Positions 8,192-16,867 of a stretch of DNA of 50,880 nucleotides are shown here, one piece after another. The notes under the pieces were generated by a model, which worked only from the letters and a program-made list of their open reading frames with translations, did no database searches and had not been told where the DNA came from. Within the stretch, counting starts at the first letter, position 1; every line of letters starts with the position of its first letter. The position numbers were made by a program, and so were the translations under genes. The DNA is from a virus (Duplodnaviria; Caudoviricetes). The stretch is from the IMG/VR virus record IMGVR_UViG_3300044878_000188, positions 1-50,880 of that record. One strand, written 5' to 3'.

Positions 8192-8605
8192 TCAGTAGCT
8201 CGACGAGGAGTCGGAGCTGCTCGAGCTGCTGCCCGAGTCATAGCTGCTTGAGCTTCCAGAGTCATAGCTCGAGCTGCTGCAGCCGTAGTCGGAACCACTC
8301 GAGCTCGAACGGCTCCAGGAGTCATCCGAGGCGGACGGCGAGCAATGACTGCGCGTCGGCTCGGGGCCGTGCCGATGCGACGAATAGGATTCGGCCTGGC
8401 TTACCTGGCTGAATGGCGATAGCGGATTGAGCGGGCTCAGCGGGTCATTCATTGGCGAATAGGCGTGGCTGCTCGAGCGCGAGCTGCTGTGCTGCAGTGC
8501 CGAGGCAGGCGCCACGCGATCGCGCAGGCGCTTGCGCTGAGCCTCGATCTCGGCCTCGCGGGCCAGGCGGCGGCGCTTGATTCCAAAAGGGTCGAATCCG
8601 AACAT
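8192..8605 (-). CDS. Ser-rich low-complexity phage protein
   Basis: PLSPLNPLSP motif and SSSYDSG repeats; orthologue at 48032-48400. Confidence 0.7.
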   Translation of the reverse strand: MFGFDPFGIKRRRLAREAEIEAQRKRLRDRVAPASALQHSSSRSSSHAYSPMNDPLSPLNPLSPFSQVSQAESYSSHRHGPEPTRSHCSPSASDDSWSRSSSSGSDYGCSSSSYDSGSSSSYDSGSSSSSSDSSSSY

Positions 8606-8608
8606 GAT

Positions 8609-8767
8609 CTATCCCTGCTTTTTCCCGACCAGGAGCACCGCCAACAGAAGGGCGACGATAACCAGGTCAGCACACATCGAAAGGAGCCGACTCGCCGAGT
8701 CGACCAGGACGACACCACCGGCCAGCCCGAAGGCTGCCCAGCGACGCAAAGGAGAGAGCAGACTCAA
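8609..8767 (-). CDS. Small membrane protein (52 aa, not in the ORF track)
   Basis: TTG start overlaps the terB stop; MSLLSPLRRWAAFGLAGGVVLVDSASRLLSMCADLVIVALLLAVLLVGKKQG. Confidence 0.6.
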   Translation of the reverse strand: MSLLSPLRRWAAFGLAGGVVLVDSASRLLSMCADLVIVALLLAVLLVGKKQG

Positions 8768-9201
8768 GCCGCGAGGCCGAAGTCTTTCAGGCGCAGGCCC
8801 AGCTCGACGGCGATCTCGTCGAGCACTTTCATTTCTTCGGGACTGATACTCCCGTCGCCCTCGGCCACGGTCAGCATGTTTACGAGCACCTCCTCGGCGT
8901 CGGCCGGGTTGTTCTTGATGTCGCGGATCTCGCGCATGATGTTCATGCGGCCCAGGCGGAAACCGGCCTGCAGCTGCTCAGTGAACAGATTTACGGTTTT
9001 GGTGATCTCGACGCCGAAGTGCTCCAGGGCCTTGTTAGCGCGGATCTGGATATCGATCTGCGCCGCTTCGTTCTTGCTGATCTCGCCGTCTGCCGCCGCA
9101 ACCAGCAGGCAACCGCCGACGATAGCCTGCATCAGGTCGCGGTTTTCCAGCTTCTTGATAGAGCGACCGGCGCCGAACAGCTTCTTTTTCAATCCGAACA
9201 T
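8764..9201 (-). CDS. terB: TerB-family protein
   Basis: Two ADG-x-I-x-x-x-E-type motifs (VAAADGEISKNE, VAEGDGSISPEE) and a C-terminal IA.ELGL. Confidence 0.85.
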   Translation of the reverse strand: MFGLKKKLFGAGRSIKKLENRDLMQAIVGGCLLVAAADGEISKNEAAQIDIQIRANKALEHFGVEITKTVNLFTEQLQAGFRLGRMNIMREIRDIKNNPADAEEVLVNMLTVAEGDGSISPEEMKVLDEIAVELGLRLKDFGLAA

Positions 9202-9230
9202 AGCGTTTCCCTCGTGGTTTTTTGGTTTGG

Positions 9231-10073
9231 TTAAAGCTTTTTCCAGAGCGTCTCGAGCGCCCCGGTATCGAGTTCGTCCAGGACGCTTTGCATGGCATCC
9301 CAGCGGGCGCGCCAGTGCTGGCGGTAGTTCACGTCGCTGACGCCCAGGAGCAGCGCCAAGTGCGGACCGTCGTAACGGCTCGCCCCGGCGTTCTTCAAAT
9401 GCTTGTGATGTTGCACAGCCAGGTGCGCCAGGCCCTTGGCGCGCTGCAGAGTCTTTCCCTGCATCTTGCCGAGCCGTGGCGCAACGCGAGCCCACAGCGT
9501 CACCACGCAGCCGGCCTCGTCATCCCACACCAGCGAATCGGCGTAGGCGTAACGAATCCAGCGGCTTTGCTCAGCGGCCAGCGTGGCCACCGTCCGCACC
9601 AGGTGCGCGTCTTCGAATGCCGTAGGACCCAACGGAATGGCGCTTTTTTTCTTTTTCCGCGTCTCGCTGCAGGTCACTCGAGTGGTATCCCTGGCCAGGC
9701 TGGCCACGTAGTCGAGGGGCAGCTTTTTTATTTCGTCGGCACCATCGAGCGGGCACTCGGCCAGGTCGTTGGCGCGATGGCGGGGGAACGCGTCGCGCAG
9801 ACGGGTCGTCTCGATTACACCAACGCCGTCAGGCTCGTCCGGGCGTTCCGTCTCGCGGTAATCAGTCGGCGCCAAGTAGGCGAACAGCAGCCATTCTCGA
9901 AGCCAAACCAGATCCTGCGCAATTGGCGCAGAACCTGATCGACCACGGCGGATCTGGACCCGCGCAGGTGGCACCGGGAGAATTTCGAGGTGCTGTAAAG
10001 CCCAGCTTTCGACGGACTCAACAGGTGGCGGCGTGTGGCGGATCTCAAGCGAGAAATTAGGGCGGGCCGTCAT
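9231..10073 (-). CDS. Q: Late antiterminator Q (phage 82/N15-like)
   Basis: WIRYAY motif, C-terminal HTH LALLLGVSDVNYRQHW; lies upstream of the pR'-like promoter and lysis genes. Confidence 0.75.
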   Translation of the reverse strand: MTARPNFSLEIRHTPPPVESVESWALQHLEILPVPPARVQIRRGRSGSAPIAQDLVWLREWLLFAYLAPTDYRETERPDEPDGVGVIETTRLRDAFPRHRANDLAECPLDGADEIKKLPLDYVASLARDTTRVTCSETRKKKKSAIPLGPTAFEDAHLVRTVATLAAEQSRWIRYAYADSLVWDDEAGCVVTLWARVAPRLGKMQGKTLQRAKGLAHLAVQHHKHLKNAGASRYDGPHLALLLGVSDVNYRQHWRARWDAMQSVLDELDTGALETLWKKL

Positions 10074-10075
10074 GC

Positions 10076-10291
10076 TCAACGTCTCCGCGCCAGAGTGATG
10101 TAGTCAACGCAGAACGAGCAGCGAGTCGCACGCGGCAGCCTGGCCAGGCGACCGGCCTCGATCGGGTTGCCGCAAGCCAGGCAAAAACGCTGCAGAACCA
10201 AACCGGCCTGCAGACACTCCTCAGCCATCAAGGCCCGAGCGACCGCGTCGTCTTGGCGCAGCTCGAGGCCGCTGGATACGTCATTGAACAC
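10076..10291 (-). CDS. TraR/DksA C4 zinc-finger protein
   Basis: CLACGNPIEAGRLARLPRATRCSFC. Confidence 0.85.
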   Translation of the reverse strand: MFNDVSSGLELRQDDAVARALMAEECLQAGLVLQRFCLACGNPIEAGRLARLPRATRCSFCVDYITLARRR

Positions 10292-10526
10292 TGGCGCCGC
10301 CTCCCTGACTTAGCAGGCTGGCCACGGCATAGCCGGCGCTCCGCTGATTGAACGACTGCACAAAGTAGGCGCAGGCGGCCGACTCGTTGAAATGGAGTTT
10401 ATGCACCTGGCTCTGCGCAGCAGCCCTCACCACGACCCGAGCCTCTGAGAGGCCGCGACGGCGAGGGAGCTCGAGCACCAGGACGGACTGACCACCAGCA
10501 ACGCGAAACAAACGAACCGACTTCAT
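10281..10526 (-). CDS. Hypothetical early protein
   Basis: Translationally coupled ORF; orthologue at 49475-49720. Confidence 0.7.
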   Translation of the reverse strand: MKSVRLFRVAGGQSVLVLELPRRRGLSEARVVVRAAAQSQVHKLHFNESAACAYFVQSFNQRSAGYAVASLLSQGGGASVQ

Positions 10527-10987
10527 TCGTCGGCCCCTTTGCGTGACGGTGGCGCGATCAATTGCGCGAAAGCGTGACTGTCACGCTTTGCAAGATCCGC
10601 CCCGGCGATCGCCAGAGCAGCGAGGACCGGCGCGAACAACGCGGCGAAAGCCTCAGGGTCTTTTTTGGCCAGAGCGGCCGAGCCATGCGCCAGCAGGGTC
10701 AGCGCCTCGGCCGACTCCTCGAATCCGCCAGCCTTACAGACGTCGGCCATGGCCTGCACGGTGCCGCCGTAGAGGGTCATTGCCGGCAGGTGCAAAGCCC
10801 CGGCTTTCAACTTGGCCTGAGCCTCGCGCAGGCGCTTTTTTTGCTGACGCTCGCGGTTCTGACGCTTGACCTTTTCGGCCTTTGTTTCACCAGGCGCAGC
10901 GGCAAAACGCTCGGCCAGCACCTCTTTATCGGTCGGAATTACGTCAGACTTCGAAATCGAGCTGACCAGGCGCAGGGCGGCACTCAT
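10523..10987 (-). CDS. Hypothetical early protein with a basic helix
   Basis: Translationally coupled ORF; orthologue at 49717-50181. Confidence 0.7.
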   Translation of the reverse strand: MSAALRLVSSISKSDVIPTDKEVLAERFAAAPGETKAEKVKRQNRERQQKKRLREAQAKLKAGALHLPAMTLYGGTVQAMADVCKAGGFEESAEALTLLAHGSAALAKKDPEAFAALFAPVLAALAIAGADLAKRDSHAFAQLIAPPSRKGADE

Positions 10988-11583
10988 AGCGGCTCGCCTT
11001 TCAGGTTGGCCAGCATCATCAGCGGGAGCGGGCGACCGGTGCCAGTCGACAGGGCCACCAGCTCGTTAAACATTGCCGAAATAGCTTCGGTGCCTTCGAT
11101 CAACATCCGGTCGACGTCTTCGGGGCTGTCGGTATGGTCGTATAAACCGTCATGCGCCGGGGCGCTGGCGGCCAGGAATTCGCCGATCGCCTGCGTCACC
11201 TCTCCCAGCTGCGCACGAGCAGCAGGGACACCAACCAGGCCAACAAGCGCAGGGATTCGCACGTCAAAGCAACCGGCCATAGCCAGGAGCTCAGAACGAG
11301 CAGAACGCTGGTAGTCCTCAGGCAGGCAAGAAAGCCAGGCCCATTTCCATTCGAGCGGGAAAGGTTGTGTAGAGTGAAAAATTCTCGTTACGCGCTGCGA
11401 CCAAGCTTTGCGGGTTTTCTGATACGTCTCGACGTCTACAGGTTCCTCGAGCTCGATCAGGCCAGCAGCAGAAAGCGCGACAGCCAGGCGCTCGCTGGCG
11501 AAACGTTCGAGCGACCACTCCGAATGGGCAAACCATCGGCTAGTCTGATCGACAATCACATCCCTTTCCGTCCGCGTGGCCAT
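10984..11583 (-). CDS. First early gene, CII/YdaT-like regulator (tentative)
   Basis: Divergent from cI; QRVTRIF...WLSCLP and HDG motifs recall CII/YdaT-type proteins; orthologue at 50178-50780. Confidence 0.5.
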   Translation of the reverse strand: MATRTERDVIVDQTSRWFAHSEWSLERFASERLAVALSAAGLIELEEPVDVETYQKTRKAWSQRVTRIFHSTQPFPLEWKWAWLSCLPEDYQRSARSELLAMAGCFDVRIPALVGLVGVPAARAQLGEVTQAIGEFLAASAPAHDGLYDHTDSPEDVDRMLIEGTEAISAMFNELVALSTGTGRPLPLMMLANLKGEPL

Positions 11584-11610
11584 AGCACCTTTCCCTGAAA
11601 TGTTGGTCGC

Positions 11611-11674
11611 ATGTAGCTCTACCTACATTCTCTATATATCGAGCAAGATTGCAACTAAATTTCTAAATAACGAG
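11611..11674. promoter_or_regulatory. OR-like operator region
   Basis: ATGTAG-N6-CTACAT palindrome (11611-28); 14-mers CTCTATATATCGAG (11630-43) and TTCTAAATAACGAG (11661-74). Confidence 0.6.
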
Positions 11675-11729
11675 TGGTGCCACTGTGCATCTAGAAGGGA
11701 CAATAATTGCGAAAAAAGGAGAGGGAACA

Positions 11730-12395
11730 ATGCAACGCGACTACACAATCGGCACCGCAATACGGATGCGGCGGCAAGCCCTTGGATGGTCGTTACAGCG
11801 CTTGATCGATGCCTCGCATATCGAGATGTCGACAGGGCACTTGGCGACCCTAGAAACGAAGAACGTAGCGCCTAGCGTCTACGTCGCCGACGCACTCGCG
11901 AAGGGGCTCGGAACAACGATCGACGTTTTGCTGAGAGAAGCGGCCGACCCTGTCGGATTCAGCGCCCCCAGCGAACACGCTCAACGCGTGCCTGTTATTC
12001 CGTGGAATATGGCAACTGAATGGGCTCGAAACCCTGATCCTAGAGGGCTTCCTGCCGGTACGGTGTGGGTGATGCCACCAGAGACGCCACCAGGCAAAAT
12101 TTTTGCTATGACCGTGCGTGATGAGCTGATGCAAGCCCCGAGCGGTATCAGCTTCCCCGTGGGTTACACCATCTTTGTAGACCCTGGCCGAAAGGCTGGG
12201 GCAAATGACTTTATAGTCGGACACCTCGGCGACGTAGCCGCGCCTGTATTCAAGAAATTGACCCTGGATGGCTCGGCGTACTACCTGCGCGCCTTGAATC
12301 CACAGTTTCCCGTACAGCAGGTGGGTGATACATTCGAGGTTATTGGTGTCGTCGTCGGGCTTAGCGCGACGTTCGACAAAGGGGGGATTCTATAA
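11730..12395 (+). CDS. cI: CI-like repressor (HTH plus degenerate S24 domain)
   Basis: N-terminal XRE HTH; C-terminal FKKL..LRALNPQFP..VIGVV; AGGAG SD before ATG 11730; catalytic Ser and Ala-Gly site absent. Confidence 0.88.
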   Translation: MQRDYTIGTAIRMRRQALGWSLQRLIDASHIEMSTGHLATLETKNVAPSVYVADALAKGLGTTIDVLLREAADPVGFSAPSEHAQRVPVIPWNMATEWARNPDPRGLPAGTVWVMPPETPPGKIFAMTVRDELMQAPSGISFPVGYTIFVDPGRKAGANDFIVGHLGDVAAPVFKKLTLDGSAYYLRALNPQFPVQQVGDTFEVIGVVVGLSATFDKGGIL

Positions 12396-12425
12396 AAAGA
12401 GCGCGCCAGTCTTCTAAATATAGAG
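12388..12425. promoter_or_regulatory. OL-like operators upstream of repA
   Basis: TTCTATAAAAAGAG (12388-401) and TTCTAAATATAGAG (12412-25) match the 14-mers on the other side of cI. Confidence 0.6.
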
Positions 12426-12650
12426 TGGACGACGTAAAGTAGCGGGGCTACCCGCTAACGAGCTATTTTTTTTCAAAGGCCAGAAAGGACAAAGGCCGGG
12501 GGCTTTAGCACCCCCGGCCTTCGCGATAGACGCACACCTTGCGGTGTTTACTGAGCAATCGGTTATCTGTTTTAGCGGGCAGGTAACACGACGTAACACT
12601 CGAACTTTGCCGTTCAGTGCTCAGTTTAGACCCGTGTAAACGGACGTCAA

Positions 12651-12715
12651 TCGTTTGTACTTTTTCACCTTTGTACTTTTGACCAAAGGGACAAAATGAC
12701 AAACGTACAAAAGAG
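12651..12715. repeat. 8-bp-period array overlapping the repA start
   Basis: tacttttt cacctttg tacttttg, then inverted caaaggga caaaatga caaacgta caaaagag. Confidence 0.75.
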
Positions 12716-15700
12716 CACCGGGCTAGGAGCCTTTTACGCGGAGCGTTTCAACTCCGATCCGTACAGCCTGCTTGACCATTTCGAGGCAGATATCTCTGCC
12801 GCAGCGGCTGACGCATCCGTCAAATGGTCGTCGGTCAGCGATCAAGTGCGCCTCAACGGCAAGCGCCTCAAAACCTACTCAAAAGCGAAAATTGTCGCCA
12901 CCGACGACCGCTATACCGGCAAGGTCATGGTATGGGGCGAGCTCAAGCGACTTGAAGGCAAGGCCGCCACGGCCACGCGGGCCGAGCTCGCTGCAATCGA
13001 ATACCCTTACCTGACGTTCAGCAACAACGTTACCGGCGCCTCGACCTGGTCTGGTTTAGAGGCGCTGCTCGACCTGTACAAAAATGAGCGCGGCGTCGAG
13101 TCCAGCGAACGCGATCGCGAGCGGTTAGCGAAGCAGGAAGCCAAACGCCTCGAGCGGGCCGCCCGTCAAGAAGCCGAGGAGGCCGCCGAGCGCGACCGCG
13201 AGGCGCGTATTCAAGGCGAATTTTCTGCCTATGCGCACGCCTGGTTGACCGGCGAGCGAGGCGAATTCGAATACGAAGGCAAGCGGAAAGGCGGCGACAC
13301 CTTTATCGCCCGCAGCTTTGTCGAAGTCCTCGGGGCTGAGGACGGCAGCGCCCCTTACCTGCAGAAAAAGCAAATTGGCGCGATCGCGTCACGCTTCAAA
13401 ATGAAACGTATGCGTGACAGTCACGGTGTTTTCACTGGCGTTCCTTTGCTCAATATCCACGGCCAATTTCTTGGCCTGCAGCGCCTGTACGACGACAAAA
13501 AGCTGCAGGGTACGGGCGTCAAGATGGACGGCGCCCACTGCATTTTCGGCGACATCGAAACCGCCGAGGTGCGGATCGCTGTCGAGGGTTTCGCTACCGG
13601 CGCCAGCGTCTACCTGGCCGAGCTCGAGGCCGGCCGCAATGTCGCGGTAATCGTCGCGTTCAACGTCGACAACCTGGTCAAGGTGCTGCGCATCTATGAC
13701 AAGTTCTACCCCGGCTGGCGCTTTCTGAATGCCGCAGACAACGACCAATGGAAAGACGCCGGCAATGCTGGCCTGCTCGCTGCGCTTGAGATTCATCGCG
13801 ACTTGCAGCACCTAGCCACCGTGCCGACCTTTGAATCGATGAGCCTGGCCGAAGTGTCCGAGGCCCGCGCCACCGGCAAGGGACCGACCGACTGGAACGA
13901 CTACCACTGTCGCTACGGTTTGAAGTCGACCGCCAAAGCGCTGCACGCCCGCGACAGCATGTACCGCGCCGAAAAGGACTGGTTTAGCTACTGCCTGCAG
14001 CGCGTCTCCCACAGCGGCAGCAAAACAAAAATCGAGAAGGCGGCGAAAATGGCCGTCAACGCAGGGTTGCTCCTGGTGCCGATCAAATACAGCGTCGACG
14101 AGGTTGTCAGCCGCGTGATCGAGAGCATGCACCCAGCCACCCCCGACGCCGTTCGCGCCAAAGCTCGCAGCCTGGCCCGCTGGATTGCCCGGCAAAAGGT
14201 CAACCAGGCCCAGCAACTCCGGGGCTTTTCGGTGTCGGCGCTGGCCAAACCAAATGTTCAATACATGAAAATCGAGGGCGTGCGCGCTGAGCACGGCGGT
14301 ATCGAGCTGCCGGCACACATGGCCGACCTGGTCGAAAGCCTCGAGGGGATCGTCATTGTTCGGGCGCCGATGGGTTCAGGTAAAACCGAGAAGCTGATCG
14401 CTCCACTGATGAAGGCCTCGACCAAAGCGGCCTACATCGCGCATCGAATCTCGCTCCTAGACGACGCCGCGGCTCGCCTCAATGTCGAGCATTACCAGCA
14501 GGTTTACGCCCGCCAAATGCCGTGGGTTTCGCACTTAGCTTGCTGCGTCAACAGCCTGACCGCGCCGAAGTTCTACAACGCCGAGGAGCGCAGCTGGTTT
14601 ACCACCCTCGAGACACTCTGCATTGACGAGGCCTCTCAGGTCATCCGCCACACCACGACCGGACCGGTCGAGGGCCGCGTCAAGGTTATGGATGCACTGA
14701 TCGAGGCCGTCTCGGCCGCCAAGCGTGTTTTGCTTTGCGATGCCGACGCTAACGACGGCGTGATCGAGTTCTGCGAGCTCGCCCGCCCTGGCCAGGTCAT
14801 CACCGTTCTGGACGTCGTCGGGACGACTGACCATATCCGCGTTGACCATGGCGACGATGAAACCGTGTGGCAGTTGGCGATCGACCAGATCTGCGCCGGC
14901 CGCCGCGTCCTGGTCGCGAATGACTCTGCAGAGTCGGCCAAGAAAATGGCCGCCCTGATCGAGGCCAAGGTCGACGCCGAGGAAATCGGCCCGGTTCGCA
15001 TGCTCCTGGTTCACGCCGACAGTAAGGCAGATCCTGACGTCGAGGCCTTTTTGTGCAACCCCAACGAGGAGGCCACCAAATACGACGTCCTGATCTACTC
15101 GCCCGCGATCAGCTCTGGCGTGTCCATGACTACGCCGCATTTCGAGCGTCATTTCGGCCTGTTCAGTGGTAACACCGTTGGCCCTTCTGACGCGGTCCAG
15201 ATGCTGCGCCGCGATCGTACGGCACGGCACTACATTGTCGGCATTGGCCACACCTCAGGCCAACGCGAAACCGACCCTGAAACCCTCTATCGCGGCCTGC
15301 TGGTCGCCGAGAATCTGGTCTGCCAGTTCGAGGAAACGCCAGACGAGTATCGGCTCACCCGCAAAAAAACCGCCTTCGACAAGGTCTGGCTTTCCGCTGT
15401 CACCTCTGAAAACAAGGCGCGCAACAGCTTCGCCAATAACCTTTTGCTGATGCTTTACGGCGAGGGCTACCAGGTGCAGCGCTTGGCGATCGACGCCCAG
15501 GACGCCGAGGAACTGACCGACCTTTCTCGGAAAAACCGCAAGTTCGCAGGCGAGCTCGTGTTCTCTAAGCGTATGGACCTGATCGACAGCGTCGAGACAC
15601 CGACCGAGGAAGCTTTTCTCAAGCTCAACCGTCAGGAGGTCCGCAGCGAGGCGGAAAGCGCCCAAGTCGACCGCTACCACATTGAGCACCAGCTCGGCGT

Positions 15701-16541
15701 CGACGAGATCCGCGCCGACGACGTTTCGTTCTACGACGATCGCGGTATCGCCAAGGTTGTGGCGCTCGAGCTCCTGCAGGCCGACGAGGCGCAGGCAAAG
15801 GCCTACGACATGGCTCAGCGCAAAGCACGCGTAGTTCTCACTCAGCATCGTTTTAAAGCCCCTGCACGGGCCTTGCTGGCGCAGATCTTTGAAACCCTCA
15901 CTCTCGATCGCGAAACAGGCGAGGGCGAGTTCAGCAGCCTGCAGTGCCGTCAGGCGCTGGATCTAATCAAGCGCGACCAGGACACACTGGACCTTTACAA
16001 CGCGTTGAAGCTCGGGCGCCACGTTGCGAGCCTTACCGCAAAAGCCTGCGCGACTACGGTCGTTAAATCGATCCTCGAGCGCCTCGGCCAGGTCACGAAA
16101 AAACGTAAGACGAACGGACAGGTTCTTTTTGAGCTCAACAGGGATAATTGGACGTTCGTAATGGGCTACGTAGAGCGCCGTGCAGCCAAAAACACCCACT
16201 CCCTGACCACCCATGACCACGAATCGACGCATCAGCCCCTGCTGGCCCCTGAGGAGCTCGCAGCGGCCCCGTCTAATCTGGTCGCGGCGGAAAGTGACAC
16301 TTTGCAGGTAGGGGATGTAAGCACAGTTGAAAAGTATCCCTTGGACGTAGCAGAACGCGCATTTGCCTTTGCTTCGCTTTGCGACCTCCCAGCCGGTACG
16401 CCAGTTGTGCAGCTGGTGCGGGATCTGGAACCGGGCATGGTGCAGCGGATGGCCAATCCTGGGGAGGAGGTCAGCAGCTTGAAATGGATGCTTGGCTATG
16501 CGGCGGCCCTATTGAAGGCTCCGGCGAGGTATACTGTTTAA
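12696..16541 (+). CDS. repA: RepA primase-helicase replication protein (N15-like)
   Basis: 1281 aa; TOPRIM motifs EGFATG, AADND and DWND; helicase motifs APMGSGKT and CIDEASQ. Confidence 0.9.
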   Translation: MTNVQKSTGLGAFYAERFNSDPYSLLDHFEADISAAAADASVKWSSVSDQVRLNGKRLKTYSKAKIVATDDRYTGKVMVWGELKRLEGKAATATRAELAAIEYPYLTFSNNVTGASTWSGLEALLDLYKNERGVESSERDRERLAKQEAKRLERAARQEAEEAAERDREARIQGEFSAYAHAWLTGERGEFEYEGKRKGGDTFIARSFVEVLGAEDGSAPYLQKKQIGAIASRFKMKRMRDSHGVFTGVPLLNIHGQFLGLQRLYDDKKLQGTGVKMDGAHCIFGDIETAEVRIAVEGFATGASVYLAELEAGRNVAVIVAFNVDNLVKVLRIYDKFYPGWRFLNAADNDQWKDAGNAGLLAALEIHRDLQHLATVPTFESMSLAEVSEARATGKGPTDWNDYHCRYGLKSTAKALHARDSMYRAEKDWFSYCLQRVSHSGSKTKIEKAAKMAVNAGLLLVPIKYSVDEVVSRVIESMHPATPDAVRAKARSLARWIARQKVNQAQQLRGFSVSALAKPNVQYMKIEGVRAEHGGIELPAHMADLVESLEGIVIVRAPMGSGKTEKLIAPLMKASTKAAYIAHRISLLDDAAARLNVEHYQQVYARQMPWVSHLACCVNSLTAPKFYNAEERSWFTTLETLCIDEASQVIRHTTTGPVEGRVKVMDALIEAVSAAKRVLLCDADANDGVIEFCELARPGQVITVLDVVGTTDHIRVDHGDDETVWQLAIDQICAGRRVLVANDSAESAKKMAALIEAKVDAEEIGPVRMLLVHADSKADPDVEAFLCNPNEEATKYDVLIYSPAISSGVSMTTPHFERHFGLFSGNTVGPSDAVQMLRRDRTARHYIVGIGHTSGQRETDPETLYRGLLVAENLVCQFEETPDEYRLTRKKTAFDKVWLSAVTSENKARNSFANNLLLMLYGEGYQVQRLAIDAQDAEELTDLSRKNRKFAGELVFSKRMDLIDSVETPTEEAFLKLNRQEVRSEAESAQVDRYHIEHQLGVDEIRADDVSFYDDRGIAKVVALELLQADEAQAKAYDMAQRKARVVLTQHRFKAPARALLAQIFETLTLDRETGEGEFSSLQCRQALDLIKRDQDTLDLYNALKLGRHVASLTAKACATTVVKSILERLGQVTKKRKTNGQVLFELNRDNWTFVMGYVERRAAKNTHSLTTHDHESTHQPLLAPEELAAAPSNLVAAESDTLQVGDVSTVEKYPLDVAERAFAFASLCDLPAGTPVVQLVRDLEPGMVQRMANPGEEVSSLKWMLGYAAALLKAPARYTV

Positions 16542-16551
16542 ATAGACAGTG
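16532..16551. promoter_or_regulatory. LexA (SOS) box
   Basis: TACTGTTTAAATAGACAGTG fits CTGT-N8-ACAG with an AT-rich spacer; overlaps a TATACT hexamer and the repA stop. Confidence 0.8.
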
Positions 16552-16594
16552 GTGGCAAAACAATATCTATAGGACAAAAGGGGAGGGATTCACC

Positions 16595-16867
16595 TTGCAG
16601 TGCCAGGAAAAAATGGACAGAGCGTCCGCCAAACTCAGCCGCGCAAAATCAGCGCTAAGCATGGCCACGAAGGCCGGAATGGAAGCAACAAGAGGGGAGC
16701 TGCTCGACATGATTGCGACAGCGCTCGAACAGATAGAGGAGGCCGAGGCGGAGCTCAGAGAGGGGGAAAATCGAAATGTACTGCCGGGGCGCTTGGCCCC
16801 GGCCGGTGATTTGACGCCGTGTCAGGCGCTGGTTTTGCCACTAGCGGCGGCGAACAAAGCCCTTTGA
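16595..16867 (+). CDS. Small helical protein, candidate SOS-induced antirepressor
   Basis: GGGAGG SD before TTG 16595 (alternative ATG 16613); directly downstream of the LexA box. Confidence 0.55.
   Translation: MQCQEKMDRASAKLSRAKSALSMATKAGMEATRGELLDMIATALEQIEEAEAELREGENRNVLPGRLAPAGDLTPCQALVLPLAAANKAL

Noticed and set aside
8764-9495. 243-aa TerB and a tellurite-resistance operon
   Set aside because: The upstream part overlaps Q; the true start is 9201, and no other ter genes are present
16541-16822. Quorum-sensing TF/Qtip module as in VP882
   Set aside because: The interval is too short and encodes no transcription factor; only the LexA box and one small ORF
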